Assembly (NCBI GenBank): GCA_965644265.1
Contig: OZ286469.1
Span: 74,462,001 to 74,526,000 of the forward strand
Direction of reading: 5' to 3'
Length of the DNA stretch: 64,000 nt
Origin: Glycera tridactyla
Taxonomy: Eukaryota
Shown in pieces: positions 61,601 to 64,000 of the stretch. The notes beneath the pieces are model-generated. The model was not told the DNA's origin and searched no databases. It was given only the letters and a program-made list of their open reading frames with translations. The translations under genes were made by a program, and so were the position numbers. How positions within the stretch are numbered: position 1 is the first letter of the stretch; each line of letters opens with the position of its first letter.

Positions 61601-63634
61601 ATCTAATTTGTAAAAGACGGCCCCGATCAGCCATCATTTGCCAAGCACTTCATTGACTTGGTTTCAAGTACCATGATTCATTCATTCATGGGACCGGCAT
61701 ATTTTTTGATGACATGTTTTATAATCTTGACTGACTGGTTCTAGCCACTGCACAATCAAAGGACCCAATTCAATATATAGGATACACCCGGATCAGGATG
61801 AGGTACTATTGAATCTATCCTGCTTTCTCAGACACTCATCACATGTAAGAGCATCTCTCCTTCTCTTGAGAGCAACTGCATGTTATTGGGATGGTGTCCA
61901 AATAATTTATACCATGATGTTGCTGAATGCCTTGTCATTGACTACCAATTACACAAGGCCCAAGGATTGTTTTAAATCATTCAAATCTGAACACATTAAG
62001 TGGTTTTATGTGTGGTTATCTCAATAATGCTGAGGATGTGTGCAGAAAAGTTGCCTGTTGTAGCTGTGCTGTTGGATGACAAGTGATGTTAGTTTCTGTT
62101 TTCAATCAATATCTAGATAAATCTATCATTCTCTTTCTCTGCATTTCAAAAAAAATTTCTGTGATTGCACTTTTGAGACAATAAGCCTGATTCTAAAATC
62201 GTATCTGATTCTGTAAGCATATTCTATCCTGCATGAGATATAAGTGTCTACTATATGGTATAATATTCTAATTGAAAGATATCTTGATCGTGGTTTGAGA
62301 ACCATCATAGGCAGGAATGTTCATCATATGCAATAAGATCGATAAAACTTGATGAACAATATATCTCATATTCCCAAAAATAAGTTTGGTTTTTTAACGT
62401 CTTTAGGTGCTATTTGAATAATTTCAATCTAGAATACTAGAACTGATTGCCTTTATTAGGTTTTAAATGATGTCGTTAGAGGTTCAGACTTTATATGGTA
62501 TAATTGAATCATTGCATGAGGATGATTTTTGTTGAATCTGTCTCTTTCGAAATGGGTTCAAGGTATATTTCAATGAGTAATATGATGACCATAATCTGTG
62601 TAAACCAGAAAAATGAATTGTCCTTTGTCATTGATCAATGTTTGACTTGCCCGGGCAAGGGAGCAATCCAGAAGCATCCTCAAACCAGCAAAAGTTAATT
62701 TTAGCAATATCTAAAATTTCACATGAAACTCAGCATTGCCTGTTTTCGAGCATATATTTTTCAGTCAATTCCAATGAATTTTCAAAGTTTTGTAACAATA
62801 TATTGACTTACAATTCACCATAACGAGAAGACAAAACAGGTTATTCACAAATTGGCATTTGTACCCAAGAAATATCTAGAATGACTTCCTCCACAGGCCT
62901 ATGTATCTTTTTAGGCATCGCCAACTTTTCATTTATAAAATTACCCCTGTGTGACTGAAATGACATCATGTATTTCAGGAAAGTAGATGGGCCTGAAATC
63001 ATGTCTCTGAAATGGAAACTGTTGTCAACATTCACTCTTGATATTTTCAAGTTGGCCACGTCTTTCTCTCTCTCCCTCTTTGTTAACTGCCCAAGAGTCT
63101 TCAACCATGTGCCGAAAGGTGCAGAATTTGCCTATCTCTGGAAAGACAATGCATCCTCATTTATCTTGTGAAATCCTTTAGAAATCATGGTATTTCAACT
63201 AGCCATGAGCAGCTTCGTAGCATCCTCATTCATATTCAGCAAAAGAATCCAGTCGAGAAAATATTCATACTTTCAGTACCATGTTTCGACGTGAATTGGA
63301 TACCCATGTCAGGCATATGGTTGATTTGTTTTGGTCTCTACTTTACAAAAGCCTGATTGTACCAATAAATTGGAGTGAATATTTGAGTCACTATGATTTT
63401 ATGATAAATTCATAGTCTCAAGTACGAGCTACTTCGTTTAGGCACTTTCTGGCTTGTGTGAGTAGTTCCAGGGGCAGCGATCTTCTGTACTTTGATGTAG
63501 TAGGCGTAAATGCACGCTTCCAGTCTGCTCCGCTTGCCCGTTGGCGATTGTCAACAATTCGCCGCTCGCTCGCTCGCTCACTGTCTCCACTTGCTTTCGC
63601 TCATCTGTTTTACTTTTATTTTGGCCACCATCAG

Positions 63635-63697
63635 TCGATAGATCCCACCACCAATATGAGGTGGCCAAGCCCCACGTGGTGAAGTCCTCTACTCCAG
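63635..63697 (+). CDS. Probable further ABLIM-locus exon, 63 nt: (V)DRSHHQYEVAKPHVVKSSTP
   Basis: Long pyrimidine-rich upstream region, catcag|TCGATA...CTCCAG|gtaatc; phase 1-1, in frame with the 56956 exon. Confidence 0.6.
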
Positions 63698-63780
63698 GTA
63701 ATCAAGCAGAGACTTGCGCCTTCACACTTACCGCTGAGTGCAACATTATCGAGCAGGAATCCACATTTTCGTCGATAATA

Positions 63781-63943
63781 CAGTGAAACCTGTGACAAAG
63801 ACCACCTCAAATGTTACCAAAATGCCTCCAACCAAACTTGTCTTATTGCATGTAATTGACGAGGTTAAATAAATCTGTCCTGAAAAAGCAATCTCCTGTC
63901 AGAGGTGGTCTCATTAGGTGATATCTAATCACAGGTTTCACTG
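63781..63943. mobile_element. Tc1/mariner-type MITE related to family 2
   Basis: Perfect 15-bp TIR cagtgaaacctgtga / tcacaggtttcactg; TA on left, TG on right. Confidence 0.72.
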
Positions 63944-64000
63944 TGTCGAATCTGGTTGAATCCCTTGTGAGGATCGCTAAAAGGGAAATTTCAAACCAAT

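Noticed and set aside
1-64000. Most ORFs in the six-frame track
   Set aside because: Short, no recognisable domains, and expected by chance in intronic DNA. Only those overlapping the spliced exons above have support.

Overview
Eukaryotic, AT-rich animal genomic DNA. A mollusc or other lophotrochozoan is likely, inferred only from the repeat types. The window lies inside one plus-strand gene of the actin-binding LIM / UNC-115 / dematin (ABLIM) family. Four to five conventional exons at 50382-63697 splice in frame (all phase 1) into the dematin-like linker region; the LIM domains and villin headpiece are not visible here. The main feature, which the ORF track misses, is an array of 41 short, stop-free, phase-1 exons between 4422 and 35114, plus a few outliers and decayed copies. 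Most are 39-72 nt and a few are 87-195 nt; all are multiples of 3. Each is bounded by AG and a stereotyped weak donor, G|GTA(C/T). Most encode Gly...Tyr units rich in Ser, Thr, Gln and Gly, and they fall into clear paralogous families. Introns carry MITEs (including several CAG-terminated elements with 6-bp target duplications), a Helentron/HINE-like repeat, microsatellites and two assembly gaps. Exon peptides are written assuming the upstream exon donates a G as first codon base; that junction residue is in parentheses. All calls were made by eye, with no database search or RNA evidence.
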